64,000 nt of DNA, taken from assembly GCA_043228905.1 (NCBI GenBank), contig JBHGNT010000002.1:1054001-1118000 (forward strand), read 5' to 3'. The notes beneath the pieces were generated by a model, which did not search any database, had not been told where the DNA came from, and saw nothing but the letters and a program-made list of their open reading frames with translations. The translations under genes were made by a program, and so were the position numbers. How positions within the stretch are numbered: the first letter of the stretch is position 1; every line of letters begins with the position of its first letter. The DNA comes from Azolla caroliniana (lineage: Eukaryota; Plantae; Polypodiophyta). This document shows, piece by piece, positions 1-11,344 of this stretch.

Positions 1-965
1 ATTGGAAGAAATCAAAGAAATACTTAGTCTTTGAGCCTTTGTTAAAATAGGTGTGACATGGTCAAAGATTTGAAAGGTTTAGCAATTGCTTGATCTTAAA
101 CTTTTGGTCTATCGTGTAATCAAAATTTAGTTCCAACATAATACAAAAGTAACTCATATCTTTTCGTAATTGACTTAAGCTAATCTTAATTTTTAGTTCT
201 CATGGTGCCAAGCATGAAAAAATTACAATAACATATCGGAGAACGTTCCTTAATTCAAGAACTACATGCATGCATACATTCCAATAAGTTCTTGTGACAC
301 ATTTCTTTTTTTTCCAAAAAGAATATACTCCATTAGTTAAAATATACACAAATCCGATCCCTTTCTCGGGTAGGCCTTGCTTAGACTATCCTAACCTTCA
401 TAAGAAATCTCACTTATTTATCTTACACTTTCACATGTGCCTCTAGCCATCCTTTTTTTTTTATACACATCACCTACATTCACTATCCCAGATGACATCT
501 CCATTAGTTCTTGAGACACACTTCTGCTTTAACCAATGTAATATTTATCTAGACTCTATCATATATTTTGTCATAAGACTTAAAAAACTTCTTATTTTCT
601 AGAGTGATTACAAACATTCAATAATTCATCCATTAAGGAGGTCTCATTTAAGCAAATATAAAGATAAGAATAAGAGTTTAACTATCCAAATGGAGTATGT
701 ATGATATTCTCAAGATGGTTCTATGGTAGATATACGCTCGTGAAGCAAGAAACAAATTGATATATTATGTTCTAAACCAACCCAAATTCATTGACAACCA
801 TATTCATTGAGTCTTTTAACTTATGGATGTAATTTTTTCAACGAACGCGGTGAATGAAATAGGATGTGGGTTCATTTCTTTTTGCGAAGAGCTCAAGTTT
901 TGGTCTCAATTTTGAAATGCACTTGGCTAAAGTCTTTTCGAATGACATAAAATGTTTCTTATGTA

Positions 966-1423
966 TTTTTTTTTTCCAAAAAGAAGCTACTTTCCCATTA
1001 GTTAGGAGAGATTATTATAGAACGACTATACAAGGTGGCTTTTACATAAATCAAGAATATGACACTACTTACACATCCTTTCAAGCTGGTTACTTAATGT
1101 AAGTAGATACCTGAAGCTATAAACGATGTTCTTCAACATCGTCCAGTATGAGCCGAATCCTATGGCCTACAATGAATGGAGGGTGGGAGGAGAGTAGGAA
1201 ACAACCAATGTGGGGGCGGGTAGTTCCACCTTGAGCCGTTTCCTCCTTGCATCACCCATCAGTATGTTCCGTCATTTCTACAAGAAGTGCAAATGGGCAA
1301 TGACCACATCGTTGGAGTGGTTGCAAACCTCGTCCAATTGCCCATGAAGGGAATTGATAATCATGAACCAGATATCCATGATTAGTTCCTCTGGGGGCGT
1401 ACTCGATCTTGGAAGACCTTTAG
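966..1423 (-). pseudogene. 3' fragment of an L1-type LINE ORF2 with 3' UTR and poly(A) tail
   Basis: Minus strand reads VFQDRVRPPEELIMDIWFMIINSLHGQLD...WNYPPPHWLFP with stops and a frameshift, resembling plant L1 ORF2 C-termini; T10 tract at 966-975 would be the poly(A) tail. Confidence 0.45.
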
Positions 1424-1426
1424 GCA

Positions 1427-2130
1427 AGCTAATTACCTGGTCTAGTAGCTAATTAGCTATCATGGTGGCTAATTAGCTGTCCTAGTAGCTAATTAGCTAT
1501 CATGGTAGCTAATTAGCTGCTAATTAGCTTTCCTAGTAGCTAATTAGTTGGTAATAGCGAAATTAACTATCCTAGTAGCTAATTAGCTATCATGGTATCA
1601 TAGTAGCTGTCCTAGTAGCTAATTAGCTATCATGGTAGCTAATTAGCTTTCCTAGTAGCTAATTAGCTGGTAATAACTAGAGTAGCTAACTATCATAGTA
1701 GCTAATTAGCTATCATGGTAGCTAATTAGCTATCATGGTAGCTAATTACCTATTTTAATAGCTAATTAGCTATTCTAATAGCTAATTAGCTAATTACCTA
1801 TTCTAATTAGCTATTCTAGTAGCTATTTAGCTATCATGGTAGCTAAAACCTTATTCTAATAGCTAATTAGCTATCCTAAAAGCTAATTAGCTATTCTGGT
1901 AGCTAATTATCTGGTAATAACTAAATTAGCTATTGAGAATAGCTAATTAGCTATCATGGTAGCTAGTTAGCTATTTTGGTAGCTAATTATCTGGTAGTAA
2001 CTAAATTAGCTATCATGGTAGTAGCTATTGAGAGTAGCCAATTACCTATGTAGTAGCTATCCTAGTAGCTAACTGAGGTAAATGTAACTGATAAGCTAAT
2101 TAGCTTTTCTGCTAACTGAGCTAATTAACT
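1427..2130. repeat. Minisatellite built on the palindrome AGCTAATTAGCT (~21-bp unit, e.g. TAGCTAATTAGCTATCATGG)
   Basis: Dozens of directly visible copies; same motif recurs at ~11275-11322. Confidence 0.95.
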
Positions 2131-2200
2131 TTCCGTGTAGAGTCAAAACAAATGTTGAGATAAATGTAAATACCTGAGGTACATCAAGAAGATGAATGGG

Positions 2201-3872
2201 TGGCGGCATGTATGAAGCCTATTTTAATGTAGGTAAGATATACATATGCTAGAAGAAGATATGAGGAAATGGGATGATGTTCTGGATGCTGAATCAGGCT
2301 AGTAAAAGAAGATTTTAGTGGTATGAGGCAGATTTCGTGTGATAATCAGAGACATCGACATGGTGGATGTGGACAGGTTGAAATAGGTTTAAGTTGTTTT
2401 GTGATTAGGATGACTGATGGTGGTGGGGGTTGTCGAAGATTACTAGGAGAAGGTGAGGATTTCTGTTTGTTTTCTACTCGTTTGTTGGTTGTTAGTGTAA
2501 CAGGATTGTCGAATCGGAGATAGTGAGATGGTAGATGGGGACATGAAGAAGCCGTTTTTCTGTTTTTTGTGGTTAGGACGAGTGATGTTGGAGTGGGGGC
2601 TGAAGCAGATTATTATGAGAAGGCGAGGAATGATTTTCGCTCATTTTTTGTTGTGATTGAAGGGCCGCGTTAATCGGTGAGATGGAATAGGGGAAGCAAG
2701 ATACCCTAGATATGGGTTGACTTAAGACAGATATTATGGTTCTCATAGGTTGCGGGATGATGGCAGTAGGATTTGAAGCAAGTTTGTCATGGTGTGAGGA
2801 TGAGTGGTGTTGGTGCGAGGGTTGAAGCAGATCAGGAGGGGAGAGGAATCATTGTTCACTTATTTTGTTGTTAATTACACAGGATATTGGCGGTACTCGG
2901 CGAGATGGTGGATGTGGATTGATTGAAGCAATTTGTTTGTTTTTAGGAGTGATGATGGTGGGGGGGACAGAAGCAAATCATGAGGGGATGAGGAACCATT
3001 ATTCACTTGTTTTTGTTGTTTTTTGTATAGGTCAGAGGTGGTATTCGGCGAGATGGTGGATGTGGTTTGATTGAAGCAATTTCTTTGTTTTTAGGAGTGA
3101 CGATGGTGTGGGGGAACGAAGCAAATCATGAGGGAATGAGGAACAATTTCTCATTTTTGTTGATTCATTGCACAGGACATTGGTGCTATTCGGCGAGATG
3201 GTGGATGTGGACTAAAGGAAGCAATGTGTCTGTTTTAGGAGTGATGATGGTGGGGGGGATCGAAGCAGCTCATGAGGGGATGAGGAATTTTTTACTTATT
3301 TTGTTGTTAATTCCACAGGACATTGGTGGCATTCGACGAGATGGTGGAGGTGGATTGAATGAAGCAATTTGGTTGTTTTTAGGAGTGATGATGGTGAGGG
3401 GGCCGAAGCACATCATGAAAGGAGAGTGAATAAGTTGTGGGGATCGAAGCAAATGGGGTGAGAGGTGGAGATTAGTATAGTACATTTCATTTTCATGGTC
3501 TGTTTTTTTCTCCCCAACAGTTTTTACAAATGCTGGAATCACTTCAGATTTGTTTGCAACTGTTTCTGTTGGGATGGTGAATCTTCTTACAGCTCCACAC
3601 CTGACACTGGAAAGACGGAGGACATGGAATATCATGTGAAATATAAGTTTTCTATGGAGTTCTGTTCTAAGAGCCCGAAATTTTGTTTTCTACAGCAGAT
3701 CACTGGAATCAATGCTGTGTTTTATGGCTGTTTTTTTTCCCAACAGTTTTTACAAATGCTAGAATCAGTTCAAATATATTGGTGGAGACGAAACAATATT
3801 ATGTACTATTTGTATACTGCCTCCGGGCTTTTTATTAATACCAATGGAGCATATGTTTTATGGTAAAAAAAA
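2201..3872 (+). mobile_element. Poly(A)-tailed non-LTR insertion (retrocopy or 5'-truncated LINE tail), no RT visible
   Basis: 12-bp direct repeat AAGATGAATGGG at 2189-2200 and 3873-3884; A-run at 3865-3874; removal restores the host reading frame. Confidence 0.8.
2830..3470. repeat. Tandem ~145-bp repeat inside the poly(A) insertion (degenerate copies back to ~2330)
   Basis: GAGATGGTGGA(T/G)GTGG anchor at ~2902, 3050, 3196, 3338. Confidence 0.85.
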
Positions 3873-3904
3873 AAGATGAATGGGATGCTCCTCGTATTGA
3901 TTTC

Positions 3905-4662
3905 TGTTGGGATTTACGGTCCCTCCGGATGGGATGTCCGGAGACGAATGACGGCAAGCCCGGTTGCGGTTACGGAACCGGAGGATGAAGAGTACCCGGC
4001 ATGAAGCCGGATGAAGACCCGGCTACGGAGCCGGATGATGAAGACCCCGGCTACGGTGCCGGATGATGAAGACCCCGGCTACGGAGCCGGATGATGAAGA
4101 CCCCGGCTACGGTGCCGGATGATGAAGACCCCGGCTACGGAGCCGGATGATGAATACCCCGGCTACGGAGCCGGATGCTGAAGACCCCGGTTACGGAGCC
4201 GGATGACGAATGTACCCGGAGGGAGATCCGGATGCGGGGACATATTTGTGAATATGTTTGCCAAGAGCCCTTGAGGCTATATTTGTAAATAGCCCGAAAG
4301 TCATATGTGTATAAATATGACTTAGGGCAAACAGTTTATGTTGTTGCTCATTTTGTTATGTGAAGTGAGAGCAGCCGAGAGAGAGAGCGACGAAGAGGTC
4401 GTTGCCTCTGTGTATTACCGCCGCCTGTGGCGAAGACAGTGAGCTCAAGGTTGTTGCCTTGTAGCTTCACCAGTGTACATCCCTGTTCATAGCGATAGTT
4501 GGAGTTTGAGGACTCCCGTGGTTTTTTCCCATTTAGGGTTTTCCACGTTAATCCCTGTGTCATCGTGTCTTTCTCTGTGTTTCCTATTTTCTGCTCCTTT
4601 GATTCGCAATTACTCGGTTGTGGCCGAGGGAAGAAGGTAAATCGGAGAGACGATTTCCTACA
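3905..4662 (+). repeat. 5' LTR of copia-1 with internal 27-bp tandem array (~4000-4205)
   Basis: Direct repeat of 8778-9535; units of GATGATGAAGACCCCGGCTACGGAGCCG; TATAAATA at ~4310. Confidence 0.97.
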
Positions 4663-4665
4663 AAC

Positions 4666-4677
4666 TGGTATCAGAGC
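4666..4677 (+). promoter_or_regulatory. Primer-binding site, initiator tRNA-Met
   Basis: TGGTATCAGAGC 3 nt after the LTR end. Confidence 0.95.
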
Positions 4678-4693
4678 GACGGTAACACAGAAA

Positions 4694-7600
4694 ATGGAAG
4701 GCGGCAGCAGCGGGCAGCCGGGGATGATGGTGCTGAATGCGCAGAACTACGCCGACTGGAAGATAAAGATGGAGGACCTGCTCATTGTTCGGGACCTGTA
4801 TGAACCGATCGACAGGTCGGAAATACCCAAGGGGGTACTTGAGACGGAGTGGAAGCTCCTGAACCGGAAAGCCGTAGCGACGATCCGACAATACGTCGAT
4901 GTAAGCGTCCTACAACATGTGGCGAACGACACCAACGCATACGAGATGTGGAAGAAGCTGTCGGGCCTCTATGAGAGGAAGAATGCGTTGAACCGGACCT
5001 CCCTGATGAGGAAGATAGTGAATCTCAAGTACCGGGACGGCGAGAGTATGGTGGAACACGTAAGCACGTTCATGGGATTCGTGAATCAGCTTGCGGCGAT
5101 CAAGTTTCCGTTGGAGGATGCAATGCAAGCCATCATCCTGATGTGTACATTGCCGGAAAGCTGGGAGAACTTGGTGGTGACTCTCAGCACCTCCTGCACC
5201 GAAGATAACTTGTCTCTACAAACGGTAAAGACAAGCATTTTGAACGAAGAAGCGCGTCGGAGAGATAAAGAACCGGCCTCCGACTCGAAGGCGCTGCTTA
5301 CCGAATCGGAACGGGGAAGACAATGGAACCGGAGTCCGCAAAGACGGGAGAAGTCGGGGACCCGGTCGCAGTCAAGTGGAAGGCCCACGTGCTTCCACTG
5401 TGGGAAGCCGGGGCACTTCCGGAAGAATTGTCGGCATTACCGAAAGGACAACGGAGCCGACGACACCGATTCGAAGAAATCACCGGAGAGAAACGGTGCA
5501 TACCGGGGAGCCACGGACCGGAGAGGTCCGGATCGGCGAGGGCAGGACCGGAAAGGAACGACGGCATTCGCGGCAAGTGAAGAAGAGATAATGCTCATTA
5601 CCGAAGAGACGGAGCTAAACCTTGCCGGTGAAGAGATGACCTGGGTGGTCGATTCCGGAGCGTCGTTCCACCTGACCCCGGAGAAGAAATACTTCTCATC
5701 CTACACAGCCGGTGAACATGGCTGTGTCCGGATGGGAAATGAAGGCACATGCCGGATTGCCGGCATAGGAGACGTGTGGCTGATGACATCAACCGGATGC
5801 AAGATGCTGCTGAAAGATGTGCGACACGTTCCGGAGGTCCGATTGAACCTGATCTCGGCCGGGAGGCTAGATGATGAAGGCTACACGGGTAGCATCCGGA
5901 ACGGTGTCATGAAGTTCAGCAAGGGGAGCCTGATAGTGGCTCGGGCCCAGAAGGTCAACACACTGTACCTGATGAATTCCCGGCTATGTCCGGAGGAGCT
6001 GAACGTGGCAGCCGACACTGCCGGTGAGCTGTGGCACAAGAGACTGTGCCACATGAGCGAGAAGGGGATGAAGAGGCTTGCAGAAGACAACCTCATTCCA
6101 GTGAAGCATGTGCATCTGGAGAAGTGCACCGATTGCCTGGCCGGTAAGCAGAACCGAGCCTCCTTCCACTCAAGGCCACCGACGAGACGTAGCGCACCAT
6201 TGGAGTTGGTGCACACTGATGTGTGTCAAGTAGAAACGAAGTCACATGGCGGAGCCCAGTACTTCGTGACATTCATTGATGATCACAGCCGGAAGCTGTG
6301 GACGGCTCCGTTGAAGACAAAGGACCAAGTATTGTCCGTCTTCAAAGAACTCCACGCGAGAGTGGAAAGAGAATCCGGCAAGAAGCTCAAAGCGATACGA
6401 GCGGATAACGGAGGGGAATACCGGGGGCAGTTCACGGAGTACTGTCGCTCGAAAGGAATCCGGCTTGAGTTTACTGTGCCGAAGACGCCGGAACTGAACG
6501 GGCTGGCCGAGAGGATGAACCGGACCATAATGGAGAGGGTCCGGAGTATGCTGGCGCATGCGAAATTACCCAAGGGGTTTTGGGCTGAGGCAATGTCGAC
6601 GGCGACATACGTGATAAACAGATCACCCTCAGTACCTTTGGACGGAGACACGCCGCAGAAAGTGTGGACCGGTAAGGAAGTGTCCTACCGGCATCTGAAG
6701 GTGTTCGGGTGTCTCGCATACGTGCATGTGGCAAAGGACCGGAGAGGAAAGCTAGATCCAAAGACCCGGCCATGCATATTCCTCGGTTACGGCGATGACG
6801 AGTTCGGCTACCGAGTATGGGACCCGGTCGACAAGAAGATATTCAGGAGTCGAGACATCATCTTCATGGAGGACAAGACACTCGCCGACTGGGAGTCGGA
6901 GAAGAAGGTAAAGAGCTCCAAGCCGACCGGTGAGGATCAACTCTACAAGGAGCAGTCCCGACCGGCAAGGGACCGGCTAGCACTCGAGGATCCGGCCGAA
7001 GACGGTGAAGAAACAGAACCGGCCGAAGAAGATGAAAACGATACCGGAACCGGCCCCGATCCCGAAATGGATTCGGATGAAGAAGAATCGGAAGAACCGG
7101 TTACCGAGGCTCCGGAACGGAGATATCCTCTAAGAGAGAGAAGGGCCCCCCGGAGATTTCCGGAACCAGAGCACGTGCTGCTAACCGACGAAGGGGAGCC
7201 GGAGAGCTTTGAAGAAGCAAAGCATGACACCCAGAGCCGCAGGTGGTTGAGTGCCATGCAGGACGAGATGGATTCCCTGCATGAGAACCACACATATGAA
7301 CTTGTGGAGTTGCCGATAGGTAAGCGGGCACTCCGAAACAAGTGGGTGTTCAAGCTGAAACCGGGAGATGCCGGAAACCCCACGAGATACAAAGCCAGGA
7401 TCGTGGTGAAGGGGTTCCAGCAAAAGAAGGGCGTCGATTTCGACGAGATTTTTGCCCCGGTAGTGAAGATGACCTCCATCCGGACGGTGCTGAGCATAGC
7501 GGCAAACATGGACCTCGAGGTAGAACAGATGGACGTGAAGACGGCATTCCTTCACGGTGACCTCGAAGAAGAGATCTACATGCAGCAACCGGAAGGATTC

Positions 7601-8767
7601 GAGAAGAAAGGGAAGGAGCACCTGGTATGCCGGTTGAAGAAGAGCCTTTACGGACTGAAGGAGGCTCCCCGGCAATGGTACCGGAAGTTCGACTCCTTCA
7701 TGACCGACGAAGGGTACCACAAAACGCAGTCTGATCACTGCGTGTTTGTGAAGAAGTTCGAAGGAGGAGACTTCCTAATACTCCTCCTGTACGTGGACGA
7801 CATGTTGATCGTTGGACGGGACCAGGTCAAGATACGGATGCTGAAGAAGGCTCTTCACCGAACCTTCTCAATGAAGGACTTGGGTCCGGCGAGGCAAATA
7901 CTAGGGATGCACATCATCCGGGACCGGAAGAAGAAGCAGTTGTGGCTGTCACAGGAGAAGTACGTGACGAAGGTGCTTCACCGGTTCAACATGTCGGAGG
8001 CAAGACCGGTCGGATCGACCCTCCCGGCAAACTACAAGCTGTCCAGCAAGCAAAGCCCCAAGACAAAGGCTGAAAAGGAGGACATGATGAAAGTGCCATA
8101 TGCCTCAGCCGTCGGGAGCTTGATGTACGCCATGGTGTGTACGAGACCGGACATCGGATATGCAGTCGGAGTGGTGAGCCGGTACATGAGCAATCCCGGC
8201 AGAGAGCATTGGAACGCGGCCAAGTGGATACTCCGATACCTGAAGGGCACGACAAACGTGTGCCTCCGATTCGGCTCCGGTAAGCCCGAACTCGACGGCT
8301 TTACTGATTCTGATATGTCGGCTGATGCAGATACCAGCCGGTCCACATCAGGGTATGTGATGACGTATGCAGGGGGAGCTATTTCGTGGCAGTCGAGGCT
8401 GCAGAAGACGGTTGCGTTGTCAACCACGGAGGCGGAGTACATGGCGGTTGTTGAAGCCGGCAAGGAAATAATATGGATGAAGGACTTCATTAGAGAGCTC
8501 GGTATCCGGCAAGAGGAGTACCGACTCTACTGCGACAGTCAGAGTGCCATCCACCTTGCGAAGAACGCGGCCTATCACTCCCGGACGAAGCACATCCAGC
8601 GAAGATATCACTGGATCCGGGAAAGGATAGAAGACAAGGAGTTCGTGCTGACGAAGATCCACACGGACGAGAACGGGTCGGATATGCTGACCAAGGTACT
8701 TACACCCGACAAGCTGGAAGCATGCCGGAAGAGGATCGGATTGGAGAGACATCCCATGCCGAAGTGA
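4694..8767 (+). CDS. Copia Gag-PR-IN-RT-RNaseH polyprotein
   Basis: ATG at 4694 (MEGGSSGQ); CFHCGKPGHFRKNC knuckle, WVVDSGAS protease, GAG-pre-integrase WHKRLCH, integrase DDE, YVDD RT, RNase H ..SDMLTK. Confidence 0.95.
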   Translation: MEGGSSGQPGMMVLNAQNYADWKIKMEDLLIVRDLYEPIDRSEIPKGVLETEWKLLNRKAVATIRQYVDVSVLQHVANDTNAYEMWKKLSGLYERKNALNRTSLMRKIVNLKYRDGESMVEHVSTFMGFVNQLAAIKFPLEDAMQAIILMCTLPESWENLVVTLSTSCTEDNLSLQTVKTSILNEEARRRDKEPASDSKALLTESERGRQWNRSPQRREKSGTRSQSSGRPTCFHCGKPGHFRKNCRHYRKDNGADDTDSKKSPERNGAYRGATDRRGPDRRGQDRKGTTAFAASEEEIMLITEETELNLAGEEMTWVVDSGASFHLTPEKKYFSSYTAGEHGCVRMGNEGTCRIAGIGDVWLMTSTGCKMLLKDVRHVPEVRLNLISAGRLDDEGYTGSIRNGVMKFSKGSLIVARAQKVNTLYLMNSRLCPEELNVAADTAGELWHKRLCHMSEKGMKRLAEDNLIPVKHVHLEKCTDCLAGKQNRASFHSRPPTRRSAPLELVHTDVCQVETKSHGGAQYFVTFIDDHSRKLWTAPLKTKDQVLSVFKELHARVERESGKKLKAIRADNGGEYRGQFTEYCRSKGIRLEFTVPKTPELNGLAERMNRTIMERVRSMLAHAKLPKGFWAEAMSTATYVINRSPSVPLDGDTPQKVWTGKEVSYRHLKVFGCLAYVHVAKDRRGKLDPKTRPCIFLGYGDDEFGYRVWDPVDKKIFRSRDIIFMEDKTLADWESEKKVKSSKPTGEDQLYKEQSRPARDRLALEDPAEDGEETEPAEEDENDTGTGPDPEMDSDEEESEEPVTEAPERRYPLRERRAPRRFPEPEHVLLTDEGEPESFEEAKHDTQSRRWLSAMQDEMDSLHENHTYELVELPIGKRALRNKWVFKLKPGDAGNPTRYKARIVVKGFQQKKGVDFDEIFAPVVKMTSIRTVLSIAANMDLEVEQMDVKTAFLHGDLEEEIYMQQPEGFEKKGKEHLVCRLKKSLYGLKEAPRQWYRKFDSFMTDEGYHKTQSDHCVFVKKFEGGDFLILLLYVDDMLIVGRDQVKIRMLKKALHRTFSMKDLGPARQILGMHIIRDRKKKQLWLSQEKYVTKVLHRFNMSEARPVGSTLPANYKLSSKQSPKTKAEKEDMMKVPYASAVGSLMYAMVCTRPDIGYAVGVVSRYMSNPGREHWNAAKWILRYLKGTTNVCLRFGSGKPELDGFTDSDMSADADTSRSTSGYVMTYAGGAISWQSRLQKTVALSTTEAEYMAVVEAGKEIIWMKDFIRELGIRQEEYRLYCDSQSAIHLAKNAAYHSRTKHIQRRYHWIRERIEDKEFVLTKIHTDENGSDMLTKVLTPDKLEACRKRIGLERHPMPK

Positions 8768-8777
8768 AGGGGGAGTT

Positions 8778-9535
8778 TGTTGGGATTTACGGTCCCTCCG
8801 GATGGGATGTCCGGAGACGAATGACGGCAAGCCCGGTTGCGGTTACGGAACCGGAGGATGAAGAGTACCCGGCATGAAGCCGGATGAAGACCCGGCTACG
8901 GAGCCGGATGATGAAGACCCCGGCTACGGTGCCGGATGATGAAGACCCCGGCTACGGAGCCGGATGATGAAGACCCCGGCTACGGTGCCGGATGATGAAG
9001 ACCCCGGCTACGGAGCCGGATGATGAATACCCCGGCTACGGAGCCGGATGCTGAAGACCCCGGTTACGGAGCCGGATGACGAATGTACCCGGAGGGAGAT
9101 CCGGATGCGGGGACATATTTGTGAATATGTTTGCCAAGAGCCCTTGAGGCTATATTTGTAAATAGCCCGAAAGTCATATGTGTATAAATATGACTTAGGG
9201 CAAACAGTTTATGTTGTTGCTCATTTTGTTATGTGAAGTGAGAGCAGCCGAGAGAGAGAGCGACGAAGAGGTCGTTGCCTCTGTGTATTACCGCCGCCTG
9301 TGGCGAAGACAGTGAGCTCAAGGTTGTTGCCTTGTAGCTTCACCAGTGTACATCCCTGTTCATAGCGATAGTTGGAGTTTGAGGACTCCCGTGGTTTTTT
9401 CCCATTTAGGGTTTTCCACGTTAATCCCTGTGTCATCGTGTCTTTCTCTGTGTTTCCTATTTTCTGCTCCTTTGATTCGCAATTACTCGGTTGTGGCCGA
9501 GGGAAGAAGGTAAATCGGAGAGACGATTTCCTACA
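8778..9535 (+). repeat. 3' LTR of copia-1
   Basis: Preceded by PPT GAAGGGGGAG (8766-8775); ends CTACA then TSD. Confidence 0.97.
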
Positions 9536-10379
9536 ATTTCTTCCAACACGTTTCCTGCATAAATCCTTTTTATTGGGTGAAACCCTACTCTCATTAGTCC
9601 AAAACATTGTGATTACATCATTGATTTCAAATGTTATGGGTGTCATTGGCTTACATCTTGTAGTTAGCTTTAGTAGACTAGTTCCTTCACCCGAGTTAAT
9701 TATACGGTTCATTGTATTGTACACTGTTTTTCTACTAACACCAATTACCTTAGATAGCTCACTGATGTTTATATCGTCAACATCACTATTACGTAACATC
9801 ATTAGACTAGACCTTTTTTAGACAAGATCATCTTCTGACCTGCTCATGGATACGAATCTATTACGAAGATTATTTACTAGAATAGATGATATGTTTGCAT
9901 TAAGACCATCACAATCAACTAAGTCCTTTATCGATGGATCATTTAATATTCCATAAAGTACTACCTTCTTTTTTTCATTGCTGATGTGCTTGGTTTGAAC
10001 ATTGAAATAGTCTACAACCTTTCTCTCTATGATGGTAGTCACATTACTTACATTCTCAACTAAACTATCCTTACCTTTACTAAGTGTGGCTTTCGTATCC
10101 TTCAACAATTGACGATGTTTCCTTTTTTTTTCTGCCCAATAGTTTCGTATGGCTTGTTGTGTCCTGATAGCATCATCCCTATCCTTATGATCATTGAGGG
10201 GTAATTCTAAACACCCTTCTTCCCCTTCCATTTGGCTGGACATATTAAAACCCTAAATTTCCAGGAAAAAAAACAAGTATTTAAGATGGCTATGGGCAAC
10301 AACAATACACAAAAATATTCCACAATACACAAGATTAGACACAACAATACACAAGATAATCAATAGACAGAAAAGTTAT

Positions 10380-11000
10380 TGCAATCCAAGACCGAACAGT
10401 AGAGGAGTTCACTCCGTTGGATCGAACAGTTGAGGAGGTGATCAAGGACCGACCAATGGCGACAACTGAGTGTAGAATGTTGCCGTTGGATGAGTGAACT
10501 CCGTCAAATCGAAATGTGGAAGCAATCCAAGACTGGATAGTAGCGGCAATTGAGTGTAGAATGATGGCAATGGAGGAAAGAACCCTGTCAGATTGAACAG
10601 TTACCGATGATGCTTGGAACGCACAGAGAAGGCACCTAAGAGTAGAATGGCGGCAGTGGAGTTGTTAACGCTGTCGGGTCGAAAAGTGGCAGCAATACAC
10701 AATCTTCACAGTAGCAGCCCCCGAGTGTAGAGTGGCACAGAGAAGAGAACCCCGTCAGATTGAACAGTTACCGATGATTCTTGGAACGTACAGTAGCGGC
10801 CCCCGAGTGTAGAGTGGCACAGAGAAGAGAACCCTGTCAGATTGAACAGTTACTGATGATGCTTGGAACGCACAGTAGCGGCCCCTGAGTGTAGAGTGGC
10901 ATAGAGAAGAGAACCCCGTCAGATTGAACAGTTACCAATGATGCTTGGAACGCATAGTTGCGGCCCTTGAGTGTAGAGTGGCGGCAGGTGGACTCGATAG
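10380..11000. repeat. 82-bp tandem repeat (about 3.5 good copies 10710-10985, degenerate copies leftwards)
   Basis: GAGTGTAGAGTGGC recurs at 82-bp spacing (~10723, 10805, 10887, 10969). Confidence 0.9.
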
Positions 11001-11344
11001 GGTTTAGCAACAGTGGTAGCAACTAACCCACAATACTCAACTAGAGATAGCCTATGTAATGTGGCAAAGGATCGTGCATAATGGACCTAGGAATTTGATA
11101 TATAATTTATGGTACACATTTATGGTGCACATATCAATTTATGTTGCATGTTTATGTTGCACATTTATGGTGCTCATTTACATATGTAATTAAAACACTA
11201 GTATTTTCAATGGTAGTTTTTGCATAGTTAATTTATTAATGATGGCTTTTTGCTAAAATGACTATTTATCAATGGTAGCTTTTTGCATAGCTAATTAGCT
11301 ATGTCAAGGGCATAGCTAATTGTTTCCACTCTCATGCTTTCACC

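Larger units (their letters stand above)
3905..9535 (+). mobile_element. Full-length Ty1/copia LTR retrotransposon (copia-1), very young
   Basis: TG...CA LTRs 3905-4662 and 8778-9535 (758 bp each, no differences seen by eye); TSD ATTTC at 3900-3904 and 9536-9540; PBS; PPT; single polyprotein ORF. Confidence 0.98.
2174..10243 (-). pseudogene. Disrupted DNA-transposase-like/HTH gene (segments 10243-9536, 3899-3873, 2188-2174)
   Basis: ORFs 9818-10243 and 9221-9802 share a frame separated by one TAA; removing both insertions gives continuous ...ISELSKVIGVSRKTVYN...FWTNESRVSPNKKDLCRKRVGRN|QYEEHPIHL|LDVPQ followed by a CAG|GTA donor. Confidence 0.6.

Noticed and set aside
1190-1204. GAGAGTAGGAAACAA as left TIR matching TTGTTTCCACTCTC at 11320-11333
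   Set aside because: It lies inside the LINE-like coding remnant (WLFPTL), needs a gap, and has no TSD; probably coincidence
4499-4693. N-terminal extension of the copia ORF from the ORF track
   Set aside because: Starts at TTG inside the LTR and crosses the PBS; ATG 4694 is shared with copia-2
10380-11000. CRISPR-like array (also considered for 43320-43770 and 62740-63352)
   Set aside because: Whole units repeat with no unique spacers, no cas genes, eukaryotic context
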